Assembly: GCF_009914755.1 (NCBI RefSeq)
Contig: NC_060926.1
Strand: one strand, 5' to 3'
From: the human T2T-CHM13v2.0 reference genome, Homo sapiens
Length of the DNA stretch: 64,000 bases
Shown here: positions 45,643 through 59,776 of the stretch, piece after piece
Layout of the letters: the number at the start of each line of letters is the position of its first letter
Position numbering within the stretch: position 1 is the stretch's first letter
Notes under the pieces: generated by a model
The model's database searches: none
Seen by the model: the letters and a program-made list of their open reading frames with translations, nothing else
What the model was told of the DNA's origin: nothing
Program-made: the position numbers and the translations under genes

Positions 45643-45950
45643 AGGCTGGGCATGGTGACTCAATGTCTGTAATCCCAGCACTTTGGGAGGCCAAGGCAGG
45701 TGGATTACCTTGAGTTTGAAACCAGCCTGGGCAACATGGCAAAACTTCATCTCTACAAAAACATACCAAAAAATTAGCTGGGCATGGTGATGTGTGCGTG
45801 TCGTCGTGGCTACTTAGAAGGCTGAGATGGCAGGACCGTTCAAGCCCTGGAGGTGGAAACTGCAGTGATCTGTGCTGGTGCCACTGCGCTCCAGCCCAGG
45901 CAAGACTCTGTCTCAATAAAACAGGAACAAAAACAAAAAAACAAAACAAA
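45643..45950 (+). mobile_element. Alu (AluJ-like)
   Basis: Diverged dimer. Confidence 0.88.
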
Positions 45951-46939
45951 GATAGCGTTTATTGCTGGGCCAGTGTCAAGCCCTGAACTGGCCCTTGGAG
46001 CTACCATGGTAGTGTTAATCAGCAAAAGAAAGTATAGAGGGATGTGGCCAGGGTTCTGTGGGCCAAGACCCTATGCCACCAAGAGATTCTACCTCTCATG
46101 TTGACTTCTATATTTCATGGTGCAAAAGAAGATGACATTGCTTTGCAACTTCTCTGAGGTATGGGAATGTGGCACCTCCCATTCTAGGAAAACTGTTAGT
46201 TGATTATGGATAAATCCAGGTATCCCTGAGCTTCCTGACTCCTCACTTTGACTCCTCCTATATCTTCCTTTCCTTCTTACCTTATACCTCTTGATTCCTC
46301 TTCTGTCTTCTTTTTCCTGTAAGCTTTTTCTTTTCTCTTTTCCTTTTTTTGTCCAGTCTCTTCATTTCTCTTCATTCTGCTTTTTCCTTCTCTGTCTTCA
46401 TGTTCTCTTCTCTCCATCTCCTTTTTTCTTTCTTCTGATATTTCACAGATGTCTGACTAAATTATCTCTTCTATATAGATTTGAGCTTGATTTAAAAAAT
46501 GATTATAGAGGGTGGAGGAAGGAGGAGTCAACAATGCCTGTGGAGCCAGGACAACCAGCCACCTGGGTAGGTTCAGGAAAGTCACTTCATCTCTCTGAAC
46601 CTTAGCTTTCTCAACTGAAAAACTGAGAGGTGGATTATATGTTTTTTTTTCCCCAGGGCCCTTGTACTGCCCTTTAGGACATCTGGAAAAGGAGGCTAGG
46701 GGCCAGTCCCTCTGAATCTAGCCCTGGGTTTGTTTTTATTTGGGGTGAGTGGGGGCAAAAGTGGCATCTCTAATGGTGGGGGTGAAGATTAGTGACTGCT
46801 AATTGGCAGTTCAGGACAATGACCAAACTGAGGACCATGGCCTTTTCCCATCCTGGTAGGAGAGTCATGGTTTTGTAAAATAGTATTCAGTGTAAACTGG
46901 AGGCTCATTTCGTAGCACTTGAGAATATTGTCAGACAAC

Positions 46940-48990
46940 AAAACTCACTTTATCTGGGAATGTCTAATTTCTCCTTCATTTCTGAAGGATGGTTTTGTCA
47001 GATGTAGAATCTCAGTTGAGAAGTGTTTATTTTTCTTTTTTTCAGCACTTTGAATATGTCATCCTACTGTCTTTTGGCTTCCACGGTTTCTGATCAGAAA
47101 TCAGCTGCTAATCTGATTGAGGGTCCCTTGTACATGATGAGTTGCTTCTTTGTTGATGTTTTCAAGATTCTCTCTTTATCTTGCAACACTTTGATTATAA
47201 TGTGTATCATCATGGATCTCTTTGGGGTTTTCCTGCTTGGAATTCATTGAGTTTCTTGGATATGTACATTTATGCTTTTCATCAAATTTGGGAAGTTTTT
47301 GTTCATTATTTTATCAAATGTTCTTTTCTGTCTGTCCCTTTCTTTCTCTTCTCTCTTTCTGGGACTATCATTATGCTTATGTTGGTATGCTTGATGATGT
47401 CCCACAGATCTCATACGTTCTGTTCATTTTTCTTCATTCTTTTTTCTTTCTGTTGCTTAGACTAAATAATCTCAACTGACCTATCTTCAAGTTTGCTCAT
47501 TCCTTTGTCTGCCAGATAAAATCTTCTGCTGTATTCCTCTAGTAAAATTTTTCAGTTACTGTACTTTTCAACTCCAGAATTTCGATTTGGTTCCTTTTTA
47601 TAGTTTCTATTTCTTTATTGCTATTTTCTATTTTGGTGATACATCATTCTCATGCTTTCCTTTAGTTCTTCTTTTAAACATTTTTTATTTATTCATTTGT
47701 TTATTTTTATAGAGATGAGGCCTCACTATGTTGCCCAGACTGGTCTCAAACTCCTGGGTTCAAGCAATGCTTCCAAAGTGCTGGGATTACAGGCATGAGC
47801 CACTGTCCCTGGCCTCCTTTAGTTCTTTAAACAGAGTTTCCTATAGTTCTTTGAACTGATCTCAAAGTCCTTATCTAGTAAGTCCAATGTATGGGCTTCT
47901 TCAGGGTCAGTTTCTATTGATTCCATTTTTTTCTGCATGTGGGAAATTTTTCTTATTTCTTTGCATGCCTCGTAATCTTTTATTAAAGCTGTATATTTTC
48001 AATATTATGTGGCAACTCTGGAAATCAGATATTACCCTGTCTCTAGCATTTGCTACTGTTGCTGTTTGCTTAGTGACTTTTCTAAACTAATTTAGTAAAT
48101 TCTGTATTCTTTTTCATATGTGGCCACTGAAATCTCTGTTCCATTAGCTTAGTAGTCAGCTAATTAGACAGAGATTTCCTTAAACACTTGGAACAATGGC
48201 AACAACAAAAACACCCGGTCTTTGCAGAAGGACTAAGTGTGTATGTTGGGCATGTCTTCAACACTCAGCTAGGAATTTTACAACACTGCTTTACATTCTG
48301 CTTGTGCACAGCCTCAAGGTCAACCAGAGATAAGAACCCTATTAGAGCCTCCTCAGGTCTTACCTGGGCACACACACAACCTTGGGTATGCACATGGCCT
48401 TCTAGATTCCCAAGAATATATTGAATCTTTACAAAGCTCTTATTTCTCAAAGCATCTCACTCCCCAGCCTTTCCTCCCAAGCTTTTGGGTTAGCCTATTG
48501 TGTGCCCAACCATTATCCATTGCCTTAGGCAGCAGAAGCTAAAACATTTGCCTATAACTGTTATTGATAAATGCCTTTTGGTAGTGACTTTGGCATAAGA
48601 CAACTTTTAGTCAGGCTGGCAAGATAAAGTCAAATCTTTTCAAAAGGACTTCTGGGAGCCACCACCATCAACTAAGGACAATTTGTAAACGAGGTCCATC
48701 TGCTCCCTCCTGTATTAGTTCTGATGTGGGCTATTATTTTCAAGACTACTGCTGAGATGGTGAGCGTGGGATGGAACTAGGGGTAAGTCAAAATGTCACA
48801 AAGCTCTTTGTTCTTACTGAGATTCAGCTGGCTTCTTGAATAAGTGCTCCCTGGGTTGCTGCAAGCTTTTATCTAGTTTCCAGAGTTTTAGAAAGGTTGA
48901 TTCTGACAGTTTTTGCTAATTAAAAAAATTGCCTTTATGGAAGTGTGGGCTTTTGGAATTCCTTATTCTGCCATTTTCACTGCCATTAAA
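46940..48990 (-). mobile_element. Old L1 (L1M) 5'/ORF1-region fragment
   Basis: T-rich antisense L1 motifs TCAGCACTTTGAATATGTCATCC, GATCAGAAATCAGCTG and TCATCAAATTTGGGAAGTTTT. Confidence 0.8.
47681..47814 (-). mobile_element. Alu monomer (FLAM-like) inserted in the L1
   Basis: Single arm with TSD CTTTAGTTCTT. Confidence 0.8.
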
Positions 48991-51519
48991 CTGGAGGGTT
49001 TTCCCCAAGAAACTCATTTTAAAATCCCAGCACAGCAGTTCAAAGACAGTAGGTTTAACTAATTATTTTCCAACCCAGTACTTAGTGTGTTAGTGTGAGT
49101 ACTGCTCTACTTTATGTGACTTCTAAAGGACCAATGCTTTTATCCATGTGATCATTCTGAAGGTCTTTCTTCCAAAGATTTTAGGTTGCTTTCTGTGCTG
49201 ATCATATTTCCTCTGTCACATCTATGAAATAAGAGGCTATGGACAGTCCTCTTTCCCATTATTATCATGGAACTGAAGTTCACAGAGTTTGCTGACTTGC
49301 TCAAGGTTGCACAGGAAGGTGAAGATGGAGGTAAAATTCCAGACCTCCTGATTCCCCATCTAGTGCTCTCTCCGTGAGATAAAGATGGGAGATGTGTGCA
49401 GGTTGCTCTGTGTGAGTAAATCAGAATTTCATCTTTTCCATTAACCTTAAGTGTTGGCCTCAGTCGATCTCTCCCTATACCCACTTTCTCTTTACCCCAC
49501 TCCCCCATTTCCATCGATCATGAAGAAAAGAATTCCTTGGACTCTTTGACAGGCTGCTACCCTCTCTGGCTTTCAGGGAAAGAACATTCTTATTGAAAGC
49601 ATTGATTCCAGAAGAGTTTACTCTTTTAGATTCTCTGCTGCCTGCTGTGGTCTATCCCAGAGAATCACACATGTTAGAGTTGGAAAGGATGCCTTTCCAC
49701 TTTATAAATGAGGACACAGATCCAGTCATCTATCTACATTGGAGATTCTCTGCCTAGAATGCACATCACATTTATCTAGTTTATTAATTTGGCTGTTGTG
49801 CTCCAGGGGCAGATAAAGCACAGTGTGAATGGTGCCTATTGGGGTTGGTGATACTCTGGAATTGAATTAGACTAAATTACTGTAGGAAATAGATCCCAAA
49901 ACATGTTGGCTCAAACACAAAAGCAGTTTATCTCTTCCTTTTTCTGGGACAGCTATCCCAGGTTGCGGGAGGGAGGTTACTCAGTGCTCCACTCCATGTA
50001 GTAATTTAGGGACCCAGGCTAACGATAGCGCTGCCATTTTCAAAGCATGACTTCCGAGGTGACTCTGGTTTTTGCCATTCAACAAGGAAATGGAAAGGGA
50101 AAAACAGTATGGGGAAGCACAGGTGGGAGATCTTATCGGCTGGGTCTTGAAGTGGCTCACAATGTGTCCACTCAAACATTTCTTTAGAAAAAACATGGTC
50201 TTAGGGCTACACTTAACAGCAAAATAGGCTGGGAAAGGTCATGTAGTTGGTCAGCCATATGCCAGGCTATAGTTGTTTCCAATGAAGATGGAAAAATGAT
50301 GTTTATATCCTCATATCTGGTACTGAGCACACAGGTACTTAGAAAATATTAAGTTATGGGATAGATGAACAAGGGAAATGTTGAATAAATGAATGAAGGA
50401 GTGGGGTGATTCTTCCTTGGTTGTACAGCTAGTTACAGAAATTTTTCTGCAGACTTTACTATTTTTATTAGCAATGAAAAAGGTTACAAATCCCCCCAAT
50501 ATTTCTCCACATTTGCAGAAAACATTGTCACATGAACGCATGGGAAAATAACAATTGTCCCACTCTAAGGAAATTCAGTGGATAGAATTCTGAAACTACA
50601 TTATATATATTTGGAGATATTCTTATTGGTGTGATTTTAAACTTTACAAATAAATTAGCCACGGGTTATTGTTAACAAATTGATGTAGTGCTGTTTTTTA
50701 AGCAACTTTTTAAAATATACAATTTGCTATTATTTTTGTGTTTGTGTTATTGGTTTTATAGAAAGTCAGAACAACAATAAAGGTCCTTGGAGATAAACAA
50801 GTTCAATTCCCAATGAGTTCAGATACAATGTTCTTTCCTTCTTCAGCAATAGGATTTTAGTTGTATTAATACATGGTTGTCCCAAATAAAGCCCATATTT
50901 CACAGTCTTCCTATAAGTGCAGTGTGATCCTGAGGCTAGGTTCTGGACAATGGGATGTTGTGTAGCAGCTTCTAGGAATCTTACTTAAGAGACAGAATGC
51001 ATGTGACTTTACCTTTTTCTTCAGTCTTCCTGGTGTCATCTTGGGACATGAGATTGAGATTATATACAGTGGAGCAACTAAGTAGGAGGAGCTTGACTTT
51101 GCACCAAACCTAGACTGCCTACCTAGACTTTAATGTGTGGGAGAAATAATCTTCTATTTTGCTTGAGACCTCTCATTTGGCTTTTTAAAAAAATTACTTC
51201 CAGCTGCAACTTGCCCAAATTATTACTCTATGCAACAATGAGGAAATGAAATGACTTGTGGTCACTTGTAGGAATTGGATCTCATGCAGTACCTCTATGT
51301 GCATTCTTCACTACAGAAAAAACAAGATAAGAAAAAAAAAACCCACCCCAAAACAAAACAAACAAAATACAATCCCCAAAACACTATGCAAACACCATGA
51401 TAGTGAAAACAGCAACACTAATAACTACACATGCATAGAAAAAGGAAATTTACAGAGCACTGTTGCTTCTGTTCTAAAATCACTGAGAACTGACTAACAT
51501 TTCATACACACTCAGTAAA

Positions 51520-52400
51520 TCCTTTTCCTGGGATTTTTTTTCCCTGGCCACACAGGTAGCTCCATTTTCCAGCTTCCCTTGCAGTTGGTTGGTCATGTGA
51601 CAAAGCTCCAGCCAATTGAATAAGAGTAAAAGTGCCGTTTTCTTGGTCAGAGGCGCCAATTTGACTCACAGGCAGGGCATGATGGTGGTGGGTACAGACA
51701 CCTCACTGGCGATCTCCTCCCTCCTGTCCCTGCTGCTCTTCACTGGGATGCAGATGTAGATCCATCAGCTGGCCTCCACCGAGTGGCTTACCATCCAGGG
51801 TGGCCTGCATGGCTCAGGTCTCTTCGTGCTCTCCCTCACTGCCTTCAAGATTCTGGAGAATCTTGTGTTTGGCAAAGGATCCCAAGCAAAGACCTTCCCT
51901 GAGATTCTCCTGTGCCTCCTGTTGGCTCTCTTTGCATCTGGCCTCATCCACCGAGTCTGTGTCACCACCTGCTTCATCTTCTCCGTGGTTGGTCTGTGCT
52001 ACATCAACAAGATCTCCAATCTGTATCAGGCAGCAGCTGCAGTCCTCACAGGACCTTGGCTCTTGCCAAGGTCACAGGCAAGAGCAAGAAGAGAAATTGA
52101 CCTTGAATGTTCAATAAAGTTGATTATTTGTTTAAAAAAAAAAAAGAGTAAAAGTGTACCACTTCTAAACCGGCCCCCACCTCACACCTCCCATGCCTGT
52201 CCTCCACACTCGTTACTTATCCAGCAACTAAGTGCAAAGGATTCTAAGGTCCTAGGTGAGGATGGAACCATTTGATAAAAGAGCCTGGGTCCTTGAATCT
52301 CCCTGTGGGAAACCACCTGCTCACCGGAAGCACTCCTATTGAACTTTTGGGTGGGTGAAAAATAAGCTTATGTTTTGGAATTTATTTGTTACAGTGACAC
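51520..52400 (+). mobile_element. MLT1-type LTR split by the pseudogene insertion
   Basis: TTTCCAGCTTCCCTTGCAGTT...CATGTGAC before the insertion; GAGCCTGGGTCCTTGAAT...ATTTGTTACAG after it. Confidence 0.65.
51635..52143 (+). pseudogene. KRTCAP2P1: KRTCAP2 (KCP2, oligosaccharyltransferase subunit) processed pseudogene
   Basis: From ATG 51682 it reads MVVGTDTSLAISSLLSLLLFTGMQM* (stop 51757-51759), then ...LENLVFGKG...[30 protein letters not shown]...INKIS, then a frameshifted [11 protein letters not shown] (52100). It is intronless, with AATAAA at 52113-52118, a poly(A) tail and TSD AAGAGTAAAAGTG at 51622-51634 and 52144-52156. Confidence 0.93.
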
Positions 52401-52853
52401 CTTATGTAGTCTTTTTTCCTGTTCTTTACCTCAACTCCATCTGGGTTGGAAGCTGACCTGTGTTGGGCAGATTTTGAGTTTGAGGTAGGTTTTTGTTGAC
52501 ATGCTACCAGGTATGTTGGGATTTTAGTCTTTCCTGGTCTCTGGTTTGGTGCCCAACACATCTTAGTTGTCTCTAGGTGATGTGGTGCTACACGTTTGTG
52601 CCTTCCTTGGCTCCTTCCTGGTCTCTAGGGAGGAAGGTGCTGCTGGCTGACGCCTGCCTGACTCCAAGTTTGTGTCTTGGCTCCAGATATCCTGGACTCT
52701 CACCTCCATCACCCTTTGTCATCACTCTTGTCTTCACTCATTCCTTGCCCCTAATTCCCTTCCCATTTCTTGCCATTGAATATTATTCGCCTTCAGGGCA
52801 CTTGATTTACCTACTCCTTTAAGGTATAATAAATAAATTATAAAGTGATTCTC

Positions 52854-53185
<332 letters not shown>

Positions 53186-55069
53186 CTACACTTAAGGCTC
53201 CAGACCAACATCAGGGTCTAACCAGGGTCTAGGCTTTCAGATTAAACAAAAGCCTTGAGTCCCTTCTCATTTTCTCCAGTTACAAAATCTGCAGCTCTTT
53301 GGGCATCACCTACAAAACCTTGACCTTCTAAGAAAATCTCTGGCTCCAAGCTCATTGGCTGAAAGCTTTAACTGACAGGTCTCGAGTCCAGTGACAGAAC
53401 AAAGCTCTGGTTCTCAGTTCTATCCACTTCCCCAGGCTTCTCTTGTATGGAAGTGGCCTCAGGCATTCCTTTTAGTGATTTCAGAGGCAGATTGTTCTGA
53501 TTTTGAGATACTTTTACTTTAAGTCTCTGTGGCATCATCTAGACCTCCATGATGGCTGCCATCTCTCCACATCCTTCCCCCAATCCCAGGAGAGCAATCT
53601 TTATTCTTTGGGCTGGTTTGGTATCTGCTCTTTCCCCAAAACTTAACAACTCACCTCAAAAGTAGAGTGTAGAAGAAAGAGCCTCCATTAGCTCTGGGAC
53701 CTCAGGAGAGCCACACATAACATCTTGAGCCTCAGTTTCTCATCTGCCAAACATGGACCAGAATTACTTTCCTGCCTACCTATATAATTGTGAATATTAA
53801 GCAATGAGAATTTTGTGAAACCGTTGAAATTCTGCAAAGTACCACATAAAGAATGCTAGGAACTATTCATATTACTTTGCTTTTTGAAACGATTCAGCTT
53901 CACCTTCTCTGCTTTTCTAATTCTCTCTGGCCACCTTCCCCACCCCATCAGTGCCAGGGCTCTTCCCTGGGAAGGAAATGGGAGGAGTACTCACACTTCT
54001 GGGTTTATCTCCTTAAGTTTAGCATCACCCTTAAGTTTAGCTCACTTCGCTAGGCTTGGATGGGTGACCTCCTTCATCAGTTCATGGTAGCTTTCCCGTG
54101 TCACCAAAAGCTTTGCCTCAGGACAATAGCCTATTTCATACACTTTATCTTAAAACTGATAGAATCATCTAGCTCTGGTGAAATCAGAGAGCTTGTACCA
54201 CCAATATCTCCGCAGGTGGAGAAGGGGATGAAGGCTTCCAGTGGGGCCTGTGTGAGGCTGGGGGAGCAGAGATGGCCAGCTCTGTTCTGGTCTTTAGAGA
54301 GCAGGGTCTGGGTTCCCCCTCCCTCCCTGGCCTCTTTGCTCTGCAGTGGTAAACCAGAGTGACTGGAATGATGCTTTAATATACTGGCTCCCAGACAGAG
54401 AACTTTGCCCCCAACCCACCAGTGTGGGATTAATGGGGTAGGGTGGGGTGGGGAGAGGAGGACATCCCACAAGGACTAATGTCTCAGCCCTCAGGGTCCT
54501 TCTATCATCCTCAGTCTCATCTTCCTGAGCTGAGTGGCTGAGACCAGGTGGAGGTTGCAGAAGGAGGGGAAAGAGGGAGATAGCAGCAGGCTGACCTTGG
54601 GGTTCCACGGTTCCATCTTTACTCTGGAATAGCCAGCACTGGTAGAAACCCCTTCTGGGCTGCTGGACCGTGAGTCATGTCTACACAGTAGAGAGCAAGT
54701 GAGGAAAGAGTAATTTTGTGAATTGTTGAGGATATAAACTCTTTCACAGGATTTAAGCTATTTAAGGTGATCACTGAGGCTGTGAGTTCTGTTACCACCC
54801 CTCGGTCTACGTTTCACATAGCCCCAGAGCTGCTGATCCCTGCCTTTTTCATGGCCAAAATTGTATTTCCTACAAGGACTAACTGAGGATTGAGTAGCAC
54901 GGTGTTCTCTCCCCACATCTAAGAGCTGTCCAGATCCCCCCACCGACCCCGCACCGTGGGAGTCACCACACCCGCCCCTGCTATCCAGAGCTCCTGGACC
55001 ATGTGGGGCTCCAATCTCAAGCACTGAGCTCACTCACAGGCAGTCGGCATCCTGGGAAGAAAGTGGCTG

Positions 55070-55265
55070 CAAACTCTGAGACTGAGTTCAAATGCTCGTC
55101 CTGCTGCTGTAATTAATGTGTAACTCCAGCAAGTTCCTGATCCTGGCACCTTCGTTTCTTATACTGGTAATAATAATTTCTTGGTATGGGCTCTGTGAGA
55201 ATTAAACAGATACCAAGTGTCTAAACTGCTCTATGCACATAATATATGTTCAATAAATGGTAGTT
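55070..55265 (+). mobile_element. MIR
   Basis: GAGTTCAAAT...TGTGAGAATTAAA...TTCAATAAATGGTAG. Confidence 0.6.
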
Positions 55266-55269
55266 ATAC

Positions 55270-55510
55270 ACCAGGTGCAGTGGCTCACCCTCATAATCCC
55301 AGCACTTTGGGAGGCTGAGGTGGGAGGATTATTTGAGCCCAGGAGTTCAAGACCAGGGTAGGCAATGTAAGGAGACCCCATCTCTACAAAAAACTAAAAA
55401 AATTAGCCAAGCATGGTCACGCGCCAGTAGTCCTAGCTGCTGGGGAGACTGAGGCAGGGAGGATCATTTGAGCCCAGAAGTTCGAGTGAGCTATGATCGC
55501 ACCACTGCGC
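55270..55510 (+). mobile_element. Alu (AluJ-like, 3' end lost)
   Basis: Left arm plus a partial right arm; no tail. Confidence 0.85.
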
Positions 55511-56870
55511 CTGCACCCTGCGGCTGCTCTTACCCTCCTGCCCCACAGACCGGTTACTCTTTAGACGATCTCAGGTAGCTTAAGTCTGACTCTCGGGCTG
55601 GAGCAGCCGAGACAGCGCTCCCCAGCGGGACTACAGAATCCCGGGTGTCGGCCTGGGGGCCCTGGATTGGCAGTGGTGGAGTCTTCTGAGCCTAACAGCT
55701 ACTAGGAATGACAGAGTTGCAGATGGCTTTGTCGCCCGCGGGGCGGCTCAAGCGTCCTGGGTCCCAGGCCTCTGTCCTACGGCCAGGCCGCCGGCTCAAC
55801 GGGCCGAAGGGAATCGGGCTGACCAGTCCTAAGGTCCCACGCTCCCCTGACCTCAGGGCCCAGAGCCTCGCATTACCCCGAGCAGTGCGTTGGTTACTCT
55901 CCCTGGAAAGCCGCCCCCGCCGGGGCAAGTGGGAGTTGCTGCACTGCGGTCTTTGGAGGCCTAGGTCGCCCAGAGTAGGCGGAGCCCTGTATCCCTCCTG
56001 GAGCCGGCCTGCGGTGAGGTCGGTACCCAGTACTTAGGGAGGGAGGACGCGCTTGGTGCTCAGGGTAGGCTGGGCCGCTGCTAGCTCTTGATTTAGTCTC
56101 ATGTCCGCCTTTGTGCCGGCCTCTCCGATTTGTGGGTCCTTCCAAGAAAGAGTCCTCTAGGGCAGCTAGGGTCGTCTCTTGGGTCTGGCGAGGCGGCAGG
56201 CCTTCTTCGGACCTATCCCCAGAGGTGTAACGGAGACTTTCTCCACTGCAGGGCGGCCTGGGGCGGGCATCTGCCAGGCGAGGGAGCTGCCCTGCCGCCG
56301 AGATTGTGGGGAAACGGCGTGGAAGACACCCCATCGGAGGGCACCCAATCTGCCTCTGCACTCGATTCCATCCTGCAACCCAGGAGAAACCATTTCCGAG
56401 TTCCAGCCGCAGAGGCACCCGCGGAGTTGCCAAAAGAGACTCCCGCGAGGTCGCTCGGAACCTTGACCCTGACACCTGGACGCGAGGTCTTTCAGGACCA
56501 GTCTCGGCTCGGTAGCCTGGTCCCCGACCACCGCGACCAGGAGTTCCTTCTTCCCTTCCTGCTCACCAGCCGGCCGCCGGCAGCGGCTCCAGGAAGGAGC
56601 ACCAACCCGCGCTGGGGGCGGAGGTTCAGGCGGCAGGAATGGAGAGGCTGATCCTCCTCTAGCCCCGGCGCATTCACTTAGGTGCGGGAGCCCTGAGGTT
56701 CAGCCTGACTTTCCCGACTCCGCCGGGCGCTTGGTGGGCCCCTGGGCTTCTGGGCTCACCCTTACACCTGTGTACTAAAGGGCTGCTACCCTCCCGAGGT
56801 GTACGTCCGCCGCCTCGGCGCTCATCGGGGTGTTTTTTCACCCTCTCGCGGTGCACGCTTTTTCTCTCAC
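55500..56870. promoter_or_regulatory. CpG island downstream of SIX2
   Basis: Dense CpGs and high GC content. Confidence 0.75.
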
Positions 56871-59584
56871 GTCAGCTCACATCTTTCAGTACACAGCCAC
56901 TGGGTCTCCCTGCCCCTCCAGCCTTTCCTAGGCAGCTTTGAGGGCCCAGACGACTGAAGTCTTACTGCTAGGATGGGAACACGATGAAAAAGGAAGGGGC
57001 CCAGTCAAAAGTCCTCTCCTCTTCGGTTTTTCTTCAACTGTCCTTCACAAAAACATTTATTTCTGTCCCAGCGCCCTGGCGGATTTCGGCAGATGGGCCC
57101 TAGGGGGTTGTGGAGGCCAAATTCCCAGGATGCTGGTCCTGCCTTTTTCATTGGCCAAAACTGTATTTCCTACAACGACTAAAGATAACCAAGAACTGAG
57201 TAGACCCTGTTCTCTCACCAGATCTCCCTGGCTCTGTTTAACTTTTCCTGGTGCAATGCGATGGCACCACCAGCTCCCCAGGCAGGCACCACTCCCTCAA
57301 GATACCATTTGGGGTAGGGATTTGAGTCCTGGAGAGGGTCAGCGGGGCGCCGGGGTGGGGGTGGGAAGGAGACTGACAGGGACACACCGGGAGCTCCGCA
57401 TACTCTCCTCTGCCCCCTGTAGCCCGGGGCTTTAATGACCCCAAGCAGATTTCCTGTCTCTGGTGTAGCCAGCTGCCCCTAGGGCTGGATTTTATTTCTT
57501 CATGGGGTTTCACCCTAAAGGGCCCCCTGGTCATGGGACCTGGTTGGGAACAAATGAAAGATGTCTTGTAGCAAATGCTTTCAGGGGAGCAGAAAAGAAG
57601 ATTGGGCACTTCCAGTCACTTGGTCACTTTAGGTGGCTGGAACAAAACTGGTGACTTTCACGACTGCTACAGGGTGAGGGGGTGAAGGGTGGCAGAGAGG
57701 TGACAAGCCACTGGGAATCCTATTCAGTGGGGATGCCGACAGGGAGTGGCTGTAATCAACTGAGCAACATCTGTGTGAATGTTATTCACAGGTCAGGACA
57801 GCAGCTTGGTCTTCCCAGGTGAGGAACTGAGGACTGGCCTGCATAGATTTGTGCAGTAGGTGAGTAGCTTCCAAATTTATTTTCAGAACTTCCATGTAGT
57901 ACCTGCCTCTCCATTTAAATATTTTTTAAAATTTTATTTATTTAAATATTTTCTTGGTTGGCTTTCCAAGAGGGAGGAAAAGAGGGGAGTTGCAACAAGT
58001 AGTGCCCCTATGCTGGGATTCATTTTCCAGAGTAAAGCCTGGGACTGGCACCCTGACCCCTACCGGCAGGTGAAAACTCCAGGCAAACTGCTGAGATCCC
58101 ACCTGGGCTGGCTGAGATAGTGCCTGGGGTGCATCCCTCAGCAGCTGCCACCTGGGCCCTGGGGCCATCTCTTTCTCTGGCATCAAGCAGCCAGGTGTCA
58201 AGGCCTTCCCAGCAATCCATGCTGCATGGCTGGGTCTTGTTCTAGCAGGTCGATGGGCAGGGACTGGTTGCTTAGCCAGGGCACCAGTGCGTGGCTGTGG
58301 GTTTGTGTGCTTCTGTGGAGAAGCATGATGTGTATGTGTGTGTGTGGGCACAGGCATGAGGAAGGGTTCATTTGTGCAGGTATCTCCCATGTATATCAGT
58401 GTGGGAGAGTGCCTGAGGATGTGTTTGTGTGTCTGAAAATGGGCGGAGGGTCTGTTGTGCTAATGTGTGCAGGGGTGAACATGTGTGTGACAGTCTGTGT
58501 GTTTCCCTGAGTGGTGGCTGCGTGAGAGGGTGAGGGGATTTGGTGTTGTCTACCATGCCCGGCACATAGCAGGCTCTTAATAATCTTGAATTTAATTAAT
58601 GTTAAATGTGTATGTTCCCATCCTTGTGGAAGTTGGTATAGAGCCTGTTTTCCTGTGATTGTGAGACTGGAAAATGGGGGACGGGCAGGGGCGAGACAGG
58701 ATACAGAGGCTACTGTTTTCTTCCTCCCTAGAAGTAAGTACATAGAAGAGTGGGCTCTGGCACCTCACGGGACATCACCAAGTCCTGTGTGGCTGGCTAG
58801 GCTGTCCCAAGGTGGCTTCAGGCATCACTTGAATCTTTTGAGACCTTCAGGCAGTAGCCTGCCATTCACCCTGTCAGTCAGCAGAAGTTGGGCCCACACA
58901 GGCCATAGAAACACAGAGCAGTTCCCGGGAGGACCTGAGCTGTCCCTGAGAGCAGAGCTTCCAGGAGAGGCCGCAGGAACTGCCTTGACCGGAATTCCTC
59001 TTGGGGTGCAAAGGTGGAGGGACACATGGTGCGACCCCAGGCAGAGGACTGCAGCCACTCCGTGCAGTCCCAGCCTCTGGGGTAGCCCCTTGACCTCCAG
59101 GCCTGCACAGATCCAAGGCCGAGGTCCAGGCTCCAGCGCCAAATTAGCTGGCCTAGCAGCCTGCAGCCGCTCTAATCTCAACTAGGAAGGAATCCTTGCG
59201 CTTAGAAAGTCCAAGCGAAAGGGTATTCTGATTTTATCCCGGTTTTACCAGAAAATGCTGAAAGGAAAAGCCCCGAGAGGACACAGTGCTCTAGGAACTC
59301 GGGGCGCCACGAGCGCCTCATCCCCTCCCTTCCGCCCGGCCGCGGTGCCCTGGTCGCTGAGGGACGCGGTCAGTACCTACCGCCACTGCGACCCGAGAAG
59401 GGAAAGCCTCAACTTCTTCCTCTCGGAGTCCTGCCCACTACGGATCTGCCTGGACTGGTTCAGATGCGTCGTTTAAAGGGGGGGCTGGCACTCCAGAGAG
59501 GAGGGGGCGCTGCAGGTTAATTGATAGCCACGGAAGCACCTAGGCGCCCCATGCGCGGAGCCGGAGCCGCCAGCTCAGTCTGAC

Positions 59585-59776
59585 CCCTGTCTTTTCTCTC
59601 CTCTTCCCTCTCCCACCCCTCACTCCGGGAAAGCGAGGGCCGAGGTAGGGGCAGATAGATCACCAGACAGGCGGAGAAGGACAGGAGTACAGATGGAGGG
59701 ACCAGGACACAGAATGCAAAAGACTGGCAGGTGAGAAGAAGGGAGAAACAGAGGGAGAGAGAAAGGGAGAAACAGA
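59585..59776 (+). repeat. Copy A of a ~190-bp direct duplication (partner 60767-60961)
   Basis: About 90% identical by manual alignment; the first 35 bp are identical. Confidence 0.92.

Noticed and set aside
51826-52275. 149-aa KRTCAP2-like ORF as a functional retrogene
   Set aside because: There is an upstream in-frame stop, a GTG start, a frameshifted C-terminus and no evident promoter.
59496-59512. AGGGGGCGCTG as a CTCF site
   Set aside because: It lacks the conserved 5' CC of the core, and such matches are common in CpG islands.
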